From: a virus
Strand: one strand, 5' to 3'
Length of the DNA: 64,000 nt
IMG/VR virus record: IMGVR_UViG_3300017774_006254
Location: 97,503-161,502 of that record
Made by a program: the position numbers and the translations under genes. Below, piece by piece: positions 29,615 through 39,133 of this stretch (position 1 is the stretch's first letter; every line of letters starts with the position of its first letter). The notes under the pieces were generated by a model that worked only from the letters and a program-made list of their open reading frames with translations, had not been told where the DNA came from and searched no databases.

Positions 29615-31237
29615 GCGGGCCTGCGCTCGCCTGAAGCAGTGAAGAGAGCGTGGCGTAGGCGATGAGTGCGTGAGCCGTCTCTCCTGTCGCCCCGTTCGAC
29701 AAGAGCACTTGGAGTGCTTCGTCGTCTTCCACGCCGTAGAGTCGAATCGTCTCCACGGAAGAGTGGGTGAACGCCACCCAGAGTTGTCCCTCGCTCATCG
29801 TGAAGACGACGTGGCTGTCTCCCAAGGCGATGGAGTCGGGTTCACCCCCGACCGCCTTCTTCATTGTTGCCTTGAGAGCCTCGACGTCACACGTGTACAT
29901 GACGCCGTCACTGTCCTGTTCGTTGGCCATGGCGGACATCGTATCCCCATTTTCCTCTGTAGATGATCCCACGCTTCGCAAATTCTTCCCCGAGTGGAAG
30001 CGCGAAGAAGGTGACGATCTCGTGGTCCGTCCTGCGCTCCACAAGATTCGCTGTTTCCAGCTCGATCAGCTCAACGGTTACCTCTCCGGCCTCGTAGTGG
30101 TTCCTGTAGGGTTTTGTCCACCGGTGCTGATGGCCAGGAGGTCTGCGGATCCCAAGCATGTGTCGAAGACGGGCCAAGGCCTTAGGGCTTACGGCGATGT
30201 TGCTCGGCATATTTTTCTCCCAGTAGCTGAGGATTCAGCGAGCGCCACGACGCTGTTCGCGCTTCGTGGGCGCGGTGATTGCGCCTTGTCAGGACGAATC
30301 TGTGAAACGCGAAGGGCGAGGCACCACCTCTGTTCTCGTGACTTGTACATGCTTTGCACATGTACAAGTCGGTCTCTTGCGCACCTCTCTCGTGCAGCCT
30401 TGCGATTCGAGATCCGCTGCGCCAGTGCACGGGGCGCTGGCACAGGATGCACGTATAGGTCTCCGCTCTTGAGACGAGCCACTTGCGCCACATCGTGAGT
30501 AGTGCGTGGCGCCACGGGATGACGCGTGGGCTATGGCTCGGAGTGGGTGGGGCTGTGCGGTACATCCTGACCTCTTTCAGTCGCCGTGAGGCAACATGTC
30601 GCTGGCGCTCTTCGCGATGTTTTCGAGCCGAGTCACGGCGAGTTTCTCGATCTCGCTCTCTGACGAGCCGCGTTCCTCGATGTAGAAGCCTGATGTCGTG
30701 ATAATCACGCTCCATCGTTTGTGTGGCGATGGGCGCCGATCGTAGGTCACACGGATACGCCCGCAGGCACTGGTCCAGCTCTTGGTTGAGACATCTTCGT
30801 TCAGGTGGTGAAGGTCGAAGCTCATGAAGTGCAAACTGCTCATTGGCACCTTTGCTCCTTTCGCGGGTTCAGTCTCTGTTTTGGCGCGCTGAGCGCGAAT
30901 CGCGCGAATGGCGATGGCTGCGGCGGTGCGCTCTTCCTGCATTTGTCCACGCAAGTTGAGCTTGCGGGCGATCGCAACGTTTCTGCGCCACAGCCCTGTG
31001 TAGTACGCCTCGGCCGCGTCAAGTCGGGTCTGTGACATCGCGTTCCACCTTCTTCGCAGCCTCAGCGGCCTCCCAGGCCTTGTTACGTTCATCGGCTCGC
31101 CGCTGGGCACCATCAAAGGAGCGGAATGAGATGGGGCGTCGGAGCTTGTCGCAGATGACGTACAAGCGGTCTTTTTTGTTGTAGTACGCCACTCTGTAGG
31201 CGGCGTCATTGGATCCTCGGTAAGGGAAGTAGCGCAT
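29607..31237 (-). CDS. Run of small hypothetical ORFs (29607-29939, 29908-30210, 30182-~30565, 30577-31038, 31019-31237)
   Basis: Overlapping or closely spaced - strand ORFs. Confidence 0.5.
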
Positions 31238-31245
31238 ACGGGCTC

Positions 31246-33279
31246 CTAGATGAGGACCATCTGCTGGCCCTGCTTCGACGGCTGAATCTTCCGTCCTGGA
31301 ACGAAATTCTTCGAGTCCGTGATTTCCATTTCGATCTCGTGGAGCAAGATGCTCGGAGATGTTGCCGCGTCGAAGCTGTCGAGCATCGGGTACGACATCC
31401 ACAGTTCGTCCATCGCTCGCGTCACCCCGACGTAGAACAGGCGGCGCTCTTCGAGAAGGTCTCCGTTCGTTGCTGGGAAGGAACCATTCGCTAGGTACGG
31501 CATGTAGACGACGCTGGCCTCGCGACCTTTGTATCGGTGGATCGTGCTCACTTCGACAACGTTCCTCAGCTTGGAGGATGTCTTCTTGTGGTCGAGAATT
31601 GCGTCCACGGCGTCCACAAGTGAGGCGGCGGTGTCGTAGTCGGCGGCGAAGGAGAGGACTTGCTCGATGTTTTTGTCCGGCGCGTTGTCTCCGTCGTTGT
31701 CTGATTTGAGCCAGTCTCCGAGCTTGATGTCTTCGACGAGCTTGTGGAGAACCTGATAGGCGGACTTCCCGGCTTCGATTTCATCGCGGATCGTCTCTAT
31801 CAGCCACAGCCACTCGTCGACCTTTTCTCGTTGTCCGCGACCAATTTGCGGCGCGTTGACAACCGCTCGCCATTCCATGTCCTGGTTCGCGTCTTTCGCT
31901 TTGGCGAGGTCTTCGAAGTACGACTTGCCGAGCATTCTGCTCGGGTTCGACATGCATGCTTCCATGTCATCAATGGTGGCCCGGTCGAGCGCGACGCGTA
32001 GGTACCCGAGTAGGATGGACGCCTCTGTCATCTTGAAGAACGACTCGCCAGAGACGATGCGGTATGGGATTCGAGCTTTCGCCAGGGCCACTTCGATGGA
32101 CCGAGCCATGAAGTTCATTCGGATGACGATTGCCTGGTCTCTCCACGCGACGCCTTGGTCGAAGTGCGCGTAGATGTTCTTGGCGATGGCGTCTGCTTCC
32201 GCGGTCTCGTCGATGAACGAATGGCACGAGACGTGAGCGCGAGTGTTGCGTTCGCACTTCATCGCAGTGGCGATGATGGTATCGGGTGGCATCTGCGCGA
32301 TGACCTTGTTGGCCAGTGCGATGATCTCGATACCAGACCTGTAGTTTCGGTCCATCGTAATCGTTATCGCTGTCGGCCAGTCCGTCTCGAACGCAAGCAT
32401 GCGCTCTGGCGTTGAGCTTCTGAAGCCGAAGATTGACTGTGCTGGATCTCCCACGATCATGTAGTTCGTGTGGATGGAGCTGAGCGCAGATGCGATTGCG
32501 TCTTGGACGGGGTTGGCGTCCTGCGCCTCGTCCTGCATCACAAACGACCATCGCTGTGCCCACTTCTCGCGTATGTCTTGCATCCTCAGCAGGTCGGCCG
32601 CGGCGAACAGCATGTCGTCAAACGTGATGAAGTTCACGAACTCGCCGTTCTCTTCCACGCCTTTCCCCTGGCGAAGGTCTTCTGCGAGGTGAAGGATGCT
32701 GAGAGCCTCGTCAGCCAGGTGTTCTCCCGCGATTTTGTCAGCGGCCTTCTTCAGATCTTCGTTCGTCATTCCAAGGCGCCGCAGGGTGCGACTGGCAATG
32801 AGCATGCGTGACTTCGCACAGGCGGACAGGTTCTCGATCATCTTCGAGTTGAGCTGACTGCCCTTTGCGGCGAGGTTGTGGCCTGCGATCTTTGCGCTCG
32901 TGCGGATAGCTTTGCGCCAGAGCCTTCCGGTCGTGTCGAGTACCCACTTCTTCTCTGGGTCAACTTCTTCGTGGAAGATGTCCAGTCCGATGGAGTGCCA
33001 GGTACGACAGATGCTCTTCGCGTGCACGCCTGGGACTCGGGCAACGAGTCGCTTCTCCAGCTCCTTGCGAGCGTTGGACGAGAACGAGATGAGCAGGATC
33101 TTCTCTGGAGGAATGTACGAATTCTCGATGAGGGAAGCCGTGCGTTCAATGAGAGATTGCGTCTTCCCGCTCCCGGCTACGGAGCCGACCCGCAGGGGCC
33201 CTCGTGTATGTGCGATGACCCGTAGCTGTTCGGGGTTGAACTTCTTCTCTGCTGCTGGCTGCTTGGCTTTCTTCGCCAT
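31246..33279 (-). CDS. UvrD/PcrA/Rep-family SF1 helicase
   Basis: AGSGKT, DEAQD, VGDPAQSIFGFR, NYRS, STIHRYKGRE, EERRLFYVGVTRA. Confidence 0.95.
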   Translation of the reverse strand: MAKKAKQPAAEKKFNPEQLRVIAHTRGPLRVGSVAGSGKTQSLIERTASLIENSYIPPEKILLISFSSNARKELEKRLVARVPGVHAKSICRTWHSIGLDIFHEEVDPEKKWVLDTTGRLWRKAIRTSAKIAGHNLAAKGSQLNSKMIENLSACAKSRMLIASRTLRRLGMTNEDLKKAADKIAGEHLADEALSILHLAEDLRQGKGVEENGEFVNFITFDDMLFAAADLLRMQDIREKWAQRWSFVMQDEAQDANPVQDAIASALSSIHTNYMIVGDPAQSIFGFRSSTPERMLAFETDWPTAITITMDRNYRSGIEIIALANKVIAQMPPDTIIATAMKCERNTRAHVSCHSFIDETAEADAIAKNIYAHFDQGVAWRDQAIVIRMNFMARSIEVALAKARIPYRIVSGESFFKMTEASILLGYLRVALDRATIDDMEACMSNPSRMLGKSYFEDLAKAKDANQDMEWRAVVNAPQIGRGQREKVDEWLWLIETIRDEIEAGKSAYQVLHKLVEDIKLGDWLKSDNDGDNAPDKNIEQVLSFAADYDTAASLVDAVDAILDHKKTSSKLRNVVEVSTIHRYKGREASVVYMPYLANGSFPATNGDLLEERRLFYVGVTRAMDELWMSYPMLDSFDAATSPSILLHEIEMEITDSKNFVPGRKIQPSKQGQQMVLI

Positions 33280-33632
33280 CAGTTTGCCTTGGCAGCGTCC
33301 GGCTCTGGATCGGGTTCTGATGCAGGCTCTTCTTGAAGAAAGATGAGGTCTACGTCGATGGGCAGCGCACAGATGCTTCCTGGAACGTCGACGAGAGCGT
33401 AGGTTGTTCCTCCATTACCAGCGAGCCGGGTGAACCCGACGATCTTTCCGTGAGTGTGCGACGTGTCGGACAGACGGCAGAACACTGCCTGCCCGGGTCG
33501 GAGGCACCGGTCGTCTTGCTCTGGGACGACCTCTTCTTCGTGTTCGAGTGGAGGGGCGACCTTCCGATCTCTTGCACGAAGGAAGAAAGCATCTACCGCG
33601 GAAACGAGCTTGATGATGGAGGACTTCAGCAT
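33279..33632 (-). CDS. Hypothetical protein
   Basis: 117-aa ORF. Confidence 0.6.
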   Translation of the reverse strand: MLKSSIIKLVSAVDAFFLRARDRKVAPPLEHEEEVVPEQDDRCLRPGQAVFCRLSDTSHTHGKIVGFTRLAGNGGTTYALVDVPGSICALPIDVDLIFLQEEPASEPDPEPDAAKAN

Positions 33633-33633
33633 G

Positions 33634-34038
33634 TCAGCGTCCGTTGTTGTATTCGGCGGCGGCCGTTCCGGAGTACGCGGCGTTCGAGAGGAGGAACTGA
33701 CCCTTCCAGTCCCAGTCGTCCATCACGAGCGTCTGCACCTGGTCAGACGTGAGTTCGACCGTCTCTCCCGTGTGCATGTGGAGCATCTTGATGGCGGTGT
33801 CGTAGACCTTGGTGTGGTCCTGCGGTTCTGTCGGTGTCAGCCACAGCTTGAATGTCCCGCCGTTCTTGATCGTTTCGTTGAGCGAGGCTGTGTGAACCGC
33901 GAGCAGGGCGGCACACTTGCTCAAGTAGCCAGCTCGGGCCTCCTGCACGATCTTGACGTGCTTCTCTCGGTTCTCTCTCAGCGCCTTGAGGGTGGTCGCC
34001 GTGGAGGCAGTGATCTTCATTCCATTCAACACGCGCAT
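33634..34038 (-). CDS. Hypothetical protein
   Basis: Phage-type ORF (LRENREKH..P.DHT..YD.AIKML..D.WDW). Confidence 0.7.
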   Translation of the reverse strand: MRVLNGMKITASTATTLKALRENREKHVKIVQEARAGYLSKCAALLAVHTASLNETIKNGGTFKLWLTPTEPQDHTKVYDTAIKMLHMHTGETVELTSDQVQTLVMDDWDWKGQFLLSNAAYSGTAAAEYNNGR

Positions 34039-34101
34039 TGTTCTCTCCAAAAAAAGACAACCACGCGTTCGAGCATTGGCTCGTCCAGGTGGTTGTCGAA
34101 A

Positions 34102-34163
34102 TGGAGCTTGGCGGAGTCGAACCGCCGAGAAGGTGCTTGTGACACCGACTTCCTTTTAGCCCC
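34102..34163 (-). ncRNA. Mini tmRNA-like tRNA-like domain with Ala identity
   Basis: GGGGCTAAAAGGAAGTCGGTGTCACAAGCACCTTCTCGGCGGTTCGACTCCGCCAAGCTCCA: G3.U70, A discriminator, T arm, no D stem. Confidence 0.65.
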
Positions 34164-34277
34164 ATAGGCGACCGAAGCGTTCGTACCCGCACGCCCCGGT
34201 CTGTATTGATCAACTTTTCAAGGGTTGATGCTCTCTTAGAGATTCCACATCCGGCATGGAAACGCTTCAGATCTAAG

Positions 34278-34353
34278 TGATCGCGCCTTACCACTTGGCC
34301 ACCCCGACATGAAGAGAGAGTCGGGGACTGGGTTCGAACCAGTGTCTCGATCA
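34278..34353 (-). ncRNA. Circularly permuted tRNA-like domain #2 (YrlA/Y RNA-like)
   Basis: T arm ACTGG-TTCGAAC-CCAGT, looped acceptor CCCCGAC/GTCGGGG, D arm GCC-AAGTGGTAA-GGC, closing TGATCG/CGATCA. Confidence 0.75.
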
Positions 34354-34434
34354 AGAGTCGTTTCGTAGATGATGCTTCGTCAAAGAGCGTCGAGATTGTC
34401 CACTACAGATTTAGGATCAGGTTCACCTTTCGTT

Positions 34435-34521
34435 CGACGCTTCGCTTGCCTATGCCGTTCGGCTACTTCTCCCCAGATTGGAGAAGGAAGGACTTGAACC
34501 TCCAAATTTGGCGTCGCGTCG
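34435..34521 (-). ncRNA. Circularly permuted tRNA-like domain #1 (YrlA/Y RNA-like)
   Basis: T arm GGAGG-TTCAAGT-CCTTC, looped acceptor CTTCTCC/GGAGAAG, D arm GCC-GAACGGCATA-GGC, closing CGACGC/GCGTCG. Confidence 0.72.
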
Positions 34522-34576
34522 TTTTAGATTGAGATTGGTGGTCTTTTAGCGACGCGCGTGGCGCCGCGTAGTTGGT

Positions 34577-35317
34577 TCATCCAAGCAGGAAGTCGAAGAT
34601 GACGTCGGACATCTTCTTCTCGTCGACTTCGATGAGGTTTGCTCGCTCGCGAGCTTCCTTCACGGACTTCATCAGGAAGTCGGTCCTCTGAAGGATCGCG
34701 GTCTTGTGACTCTGCACGATCGCGCCGCTCTGCGCGATGGTCTTCCACGTGCCGACGGTGATGTCCTCGTCGATCAGCTGGGACTGAGCTGGGTGCTCTT
34801 TCGTGGGAGGCACAAGGACGATGGGCTTCTTGATCTTCTTCGTCTTGATGGTCTCGATGGGCTTGGTGACGTAGACGCGCTCCACAGCGTCGTACTCCCA
34901 TCGCTGAGCAGGGTCGAGCACTGGGAGCTTCTCCACGAAGGTGTGGATGTCGGAAAGCTGCTTCTCCAAGAACAGAAGCGTTGGGACCGGCACGTCCTTG
35001 ATCATCACGACGCCGCCGGGGCCGAGGATGTCCGCCATGGTCTTTGTGTTGCCGACGTCCTTCGTGAGCGTGATGTCGAACAGCTCGCGCTGCCTCTCCT
35101 TCACCTCGGCGAGAGCGTCCATGACTCGAATCGACACGAACTTGGACTCGGGCGGGTACTTCTCGCCGTCTTCTCCCTTCGGCTCGTACGTTTTGATCAT
35201 GCCGGTCACGGCGTCAGCACGCTGGAGGAGGACGTGCTCCTTCGACAGTTCCTTGTAGGCGCGCGTCTTGATGTCGCGCTCGACAGCCACGATCTGATTC
35301 AGCTTCTTCTTGCTCAT
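34577..35317 (-). CDS. Conserved-looking hypothetical protein (KLNQI.AVE type)
   Basis: ATG at 35317; sits between tRNA-Lys and the tRNA-mimic RNAs. Confidence 0.8.
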   Translation of the reverse strand: MSKKKLNQIVAVERDIKTRAYKELSKEHVLLQRADAVTGMIKTYEPKGEDGEKYPPESKFVSIRVMDALAEVKERQRELFDITLTKDVGNTKTMADILGPGGVVMIKDVPVPTLLFLEKQLSDIHTFVEKLPVLDPAQRWEYDAVERVYVTKPIETIKTKKIKKPIVLVPPTKEHPAQSQLIDEDITVGTWKTIAQSGAIVQSHKTAILQRTDFLMKSVKEARERANLIEVDEKKMSDVIFDFLLG

Positions 35318-35350
35318 GAGATTGAAATTCCTTGTTGTTCGCCGCAGCGA

Positions 35351-35423
35351 TGGGACGAGCGGGACTTGAACCCACATGTTGCGGATTAAAAATCCGCTCC
35401 TCTACCAATTGAGGTATCGCCCC
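35351..35423 (-). tRNA. tRNA-Lys(TTT)
   Basis: D arm CCTC..GAGG, anticodon arm GCGGA-TTTTTAA-TCCGC, T loop GGTTCAAGTCC; U1:C72 mismatch. Confidence 0.88.
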
Positions 35424-35444
35424 AGGGCCAGAGGCCCTTCGAGA

Positions 35445-35783
35445 TCAGAACGAGACGACGACGTGCGTTGTGACCTTGGGGACCACGCGCTCACCCTTGA
35501 TGATGAACACGTCCTTCTTCAGGTCGTCGGCGGAGATCTTCAGATCCTCCATGCACGCTTGAAGCGCCGACTTTGTCGCGCACTCGTGTGCTTCGTAGCT
35601 CGTGACGACGCTGATGATCTCTCCGGCGTCGTCGACGACGTCCTGACGGGCCGCTGGCTTCATGAGCCAGTACGACGTGCGCCGCGTCTTCTTCTTCTCG
35701 TCGCTCTTCTCGCCGTCAGAGCCGCCGCCGTCTGTCTCTTCCGCGCTTCCGGTCTCAGTGTTCAAAGTCTCTTCTTCCGACAT
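35445..35783 (-). CDS. Hypothetical protein
   Basis: 112 aa, GGAGAG RBS. Confidence 0.7.
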   Translation of the reverse strand: MSEEETLNTETGSAEETDGGGSDGEKSDEKKKTRRTSYWLMKPAARQDVVDDAGEIISVVTSYEAHECATKSALQACMEDLKISADDLKKDVFIIKGERVVPKVTTHVVVSF

Positions 35784-35888
35784 CTTCTCTCCGTGGGTTG
35801 ATAGTGCGTCCTGCTGGGCACTTGGTACACCGGGAACGTAGTCCTGAAGTTCCTGTCTGACAAGTACCTAATAGAACTTTTTTGGGGT

Positions 35889-37397
35889 TCATCCGCCGAG
35901 CTTTTCGAGGGCCGTGTGGCGTCTGAACTCTTCGGCCCTGGACGCTGCCAATCCGGCTTCCGCCAGGTCGAACGAAGTAGCGTGGATAGCCATCACTCGG
36001 AGCGCAAATCCGTGCTGTGACGTATTGAACGTCTCGCTCAGTTCTTTGATCGAAATGAAGTCTCCGCCGTAATGGGCGATGCGTGACTCTTTGTACTGCC
36101 CAAAGAGCATGCCGCTGTAGACGATCTCCGATATGCCGACGCCATCGTCTTTACGCCTCCATCCAATCAGCGTCATGTACTCGTGGAGATCAGTCTTCGA
36201 GACGTGGATCGGCGCTGACGGCATTGGTCTGACCTTTGGCAAGCCCACTGTCGAGTTCATCTGGAGACCAAAGCCCAGTAGAAGCCAGGCCCAGATGATC
36301 TTGGTCGGTCAGAGCGCAAATACACGACAGAGGCAGGCGTACAACGCTTTGGTCAGGCCGTCGTACTTGTACGTACTCGGCGGACTCGGCGGAACCATCG
36401 CCCGGACCGCCGAAGACTCGCACGCCGACGTGTGGATCCGCGTCGTGCACCCTGATGGTGGAGCCGTAACCCATCACCCTGACGACACGATCTTCGATCA
36501 TGTCTATCACGGCACTCCCGACGGCTGGTCGATATGCTGGCGTCGCTGATTCCGATGGTTTCGTTGGAGCACGGGGAACCTCAGCCTTCGCCTCGCACTC
36601 TCCGCAACGCCATCCGCTTGGACACAAGGCGCACCTGTATGCCCGCTTGCTTCCTGGCTCGATGAATTCTGCGCATCCAGTGCACTCCGGGATCAGCGGT
36701 CCATTCGTGACATCATCCTCAGCTATCGACGCCCAACGAACTACGGAGGGGAATGCACTGCCCCTCACCATAGACACGGGCACTGTGACAAGGGGCTCGG
36801 TACGAGCGTCAACGCGCTGCGAGCGCGAGGCATACACGGCCCCCAAACTGCCCTGCTGTTCCCATCCACGAGGTGGTGGTGGCTCGAACAGATCGTCAAC
36901 TTTGCTCTTGATCCACTCTCGCAGCCTCATTTTCATGAGCGCTCGAAATGCGGGCAAGTCGGCGATGACCAGCTCGATGAGAAGCGGCGGCTCCTTCTCG
37001 AAGTCCTCGCCATTCTCGGCAGCCTCGACAGCGGCCTCGACGTGTTCTTTGGAGCCAAAAACGTTCTCTCCATCGGCCCACGGGCCACCCTTGCCAACTC
37101 GTCCACTGTACGTCATCGGTTCTCCTTTGCGTGCCTGAGCCCGATGGTCGCAGCGAGCATCAGGGCCCCCTTCATACCGCGTGTTCCGTACGTCTCGGCG
37201 AGTTCTTGGAGCTGCGCATACATCTCCGGTGAGACATTGAGCGCGATCACCTTTGTGTTCTCGTGCTCTGCCTTCGACAGGTCGACGTCGCGCTGAATCA
37301 TTGCGCTCTCCTCCTTGGCGAGCTTCTTCCTCACGACGGATTCGGAGTGCTGAGCGTTCAACTTGTTTTCGATCTGGAACAACATTCCTGACATCAC
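35889..37397 (-). CDS. Hypothetical ORFs (35889-36260; 36190-37116 with CxxC pairs; 37113-37397 RHH-like)
   Basis: Overlapping - strand ORFs. Confidence 0.55.
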
Positions 37398-37603
37398 TTC
37401 TCTCCTTCGGTCACGTTGCTGTGACCGTTGTTCTTGAACTCGGCGAGAGCGGACTCGGAGATGCGCCAGGGGTTCCCCTGTACGTTCTCTCCGAACTTCA
37501 CCGCCTTGATTTTCTTGGCCTTGATGAGCCGCTTCATGGTGGATTTGCTCACCCCGAGCATCTTTTCCACCGCGCTCGCGGTGTAGAACTTCTCTTCACT
37601 CAA
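37394..37603 (-). CDS. Excisionase-like (HTH_17) DNA-binding protein
   Basis: YTASAVEKMLGVSKSTMKRLIK..IKAVK..WRISES. Confidence 0.8.
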   Translation of the reverse strand: MSEEKFYTASAVEKMLGVSKSTMKRLIKAKKIKAVKFGENVQGNPWRISESALAEFKNNGHSNVTEGEK

Positions 37604-38591
37604 AACTGACCTCCCTCCTTCATACCGAGAAGCTTCTCAGCTTCGTCGAAGCCCATTCTCTGTACCGCATCTTGGATACGTTTCGTGCGCGCCTCTTTGA
37701 TCAGTCCGGCTACCGCTTTGATCGCGTCCTTGTCCCGGATGTTCATGTTGACACCGAGCACCTTCCTCATGATCTGGCACATCTCAGACTCAGCTCCCGG
37801 CGCGTGCTCACGGTACTCGTATATCAAGTTGACCAGTTGATCGAACTCGGTGGTGACACCGGTAAGACGTTGCGCCGCCTGGCGGCCTTGCTGCTGCTGA
37901 CTTTTCGATCCGGATTCGTCCTGCTCGTTCATCACTACTCCTTATCGTCGCTTCTGGACCAATGGTACCTGCGCTCGGGGTCCGCTACTTCTCCGTTTGG
38001 AAGCAGGCGCCCGTGCACGACTGCGTCGCATACGTCGCATCCACATGGTGATCCGTGACCGGGCTCTGGAACGAGTGCATGGTCTCGAACCAACTGCGCT
38101 CGAACGGCGGCTGATGCGTCAATTCGGGCTGCGCGATGCCGCTTCATATCGGAGAGAAATTGCATGTAGCGCCGATGTCGATCTCTCTTCAGACGCCAGT
38201 CTGTCGAATCCCACCAGGAAGAGCGCCCAGTGAACTGCATCCACTCCATTCCGAGCGTCACGCTCAGCGCGTCAAACCTTTCAAGGTTCGCCAATAACGC
38301 TCTGTCGAAGGCGACGATATCCAAAGATGCGCCGACTACTGTTTCAATCGAGTTCAGCCACGAAAAGAGCATTGCATGCTCTTCTCGGCCGCCAATGGAG
38401 ACGCAGTGCGTTTTGGTTTTAAGAAGAGGTCGCTTCGCTTCTTCAGCGGACTTCATCGCTTGGACTACCTGCGACTCCAATTCGCGTCCTCCTCCGGCAA
38501 GCCGGATCAGGGCCTTGTAGTTGGCAACGGACTTCTCCGCCTGAGCGATGCGCTTCAGCCGCTTTCTTCTTCTGACTTCTCGGTAAGCCAT
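37600..38591 (-). CDS. Two hypothetical ORFs (37600-37935, 37935-38591)
   Basis: Coupled ORFs. Confidence 0.55.
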
Positions 38592-39133
38592 TTGGTTGTC
38601 CGTTTGTGAAACTCGCGAAGTCTCTTCTTGAAAGCAAGGACTGCCTCGCGAAGTGAACTTCCGCAGCTCTTGCATTCGTACAGACTGCCGCTGAACACGA
38701 TCTTCCAAGGGGATGGGTCCGGAGCACGGAGGCGCCGGACGACACTCAGGTCCCTGTCTTCGTAAAACAGAACCTTCATGTAAGCCTCAGAACGAAGCCT
38801 TTTCATCTCCAGAGTCTCTCCGAAGACGGAGATGAATTCGTCTACGACGACGATGGACATGCAGGCGAACCCCGTTGGCACTCCGAAGTCCGGCCCTCTC
38901 AACACGTACATGACGAGTGCGAACAGGTGCTTTCCGGAGTAGCTGTCTTTTTCGGTCCACTCGCGAAGAAACAGCAACTGCCCCTCCTCGAAGTGCCGAT
39001 CTGCCTCGCTCCTGAACTCGAACGTCTTCGTTCCGTCCATCACGACGCCAAACATCTGCGGCGTGATCTTCAGCTCGTGGTCGTACTCGATGTTTCCGTA
39101 CGCACGCTGCTCGGGAAAGTGCTTGAGCCTCAC
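38555..39133 (-). CDS. ASCH/DUF3850-like protein
   Basis: HELKITPQMF..V..GTKTFEFR...DR.F..G..L.LREW. Confidence 0.8.
   Translation of the reverse strand: MRLKHFPEQRAYGNIEYDHELKITPQMFGVVMDGTKTFEFRSEADRHFEEGQLLFLREWTEKDSYSGKHLFALVMYVLRGPDFGVPTGFACMSIVVVDEFISVFGETLEMKRLRSEAYMKVLFYEDRDLSVVRRLRAPDPSPWKIVFSGSLYECKSCGSSLREAVLAFKKRLREFHKRTTKWLTEKSEEESG

Noticed and set aside
34278-34503. A normal intron-containing tRNA made from the 5' half of unit 1 and the 3' half of unit 2
   Set aside because: Acceptor strands GGAGAAG and CCCCGAC do not pair; each pairs only within its own permuted unit
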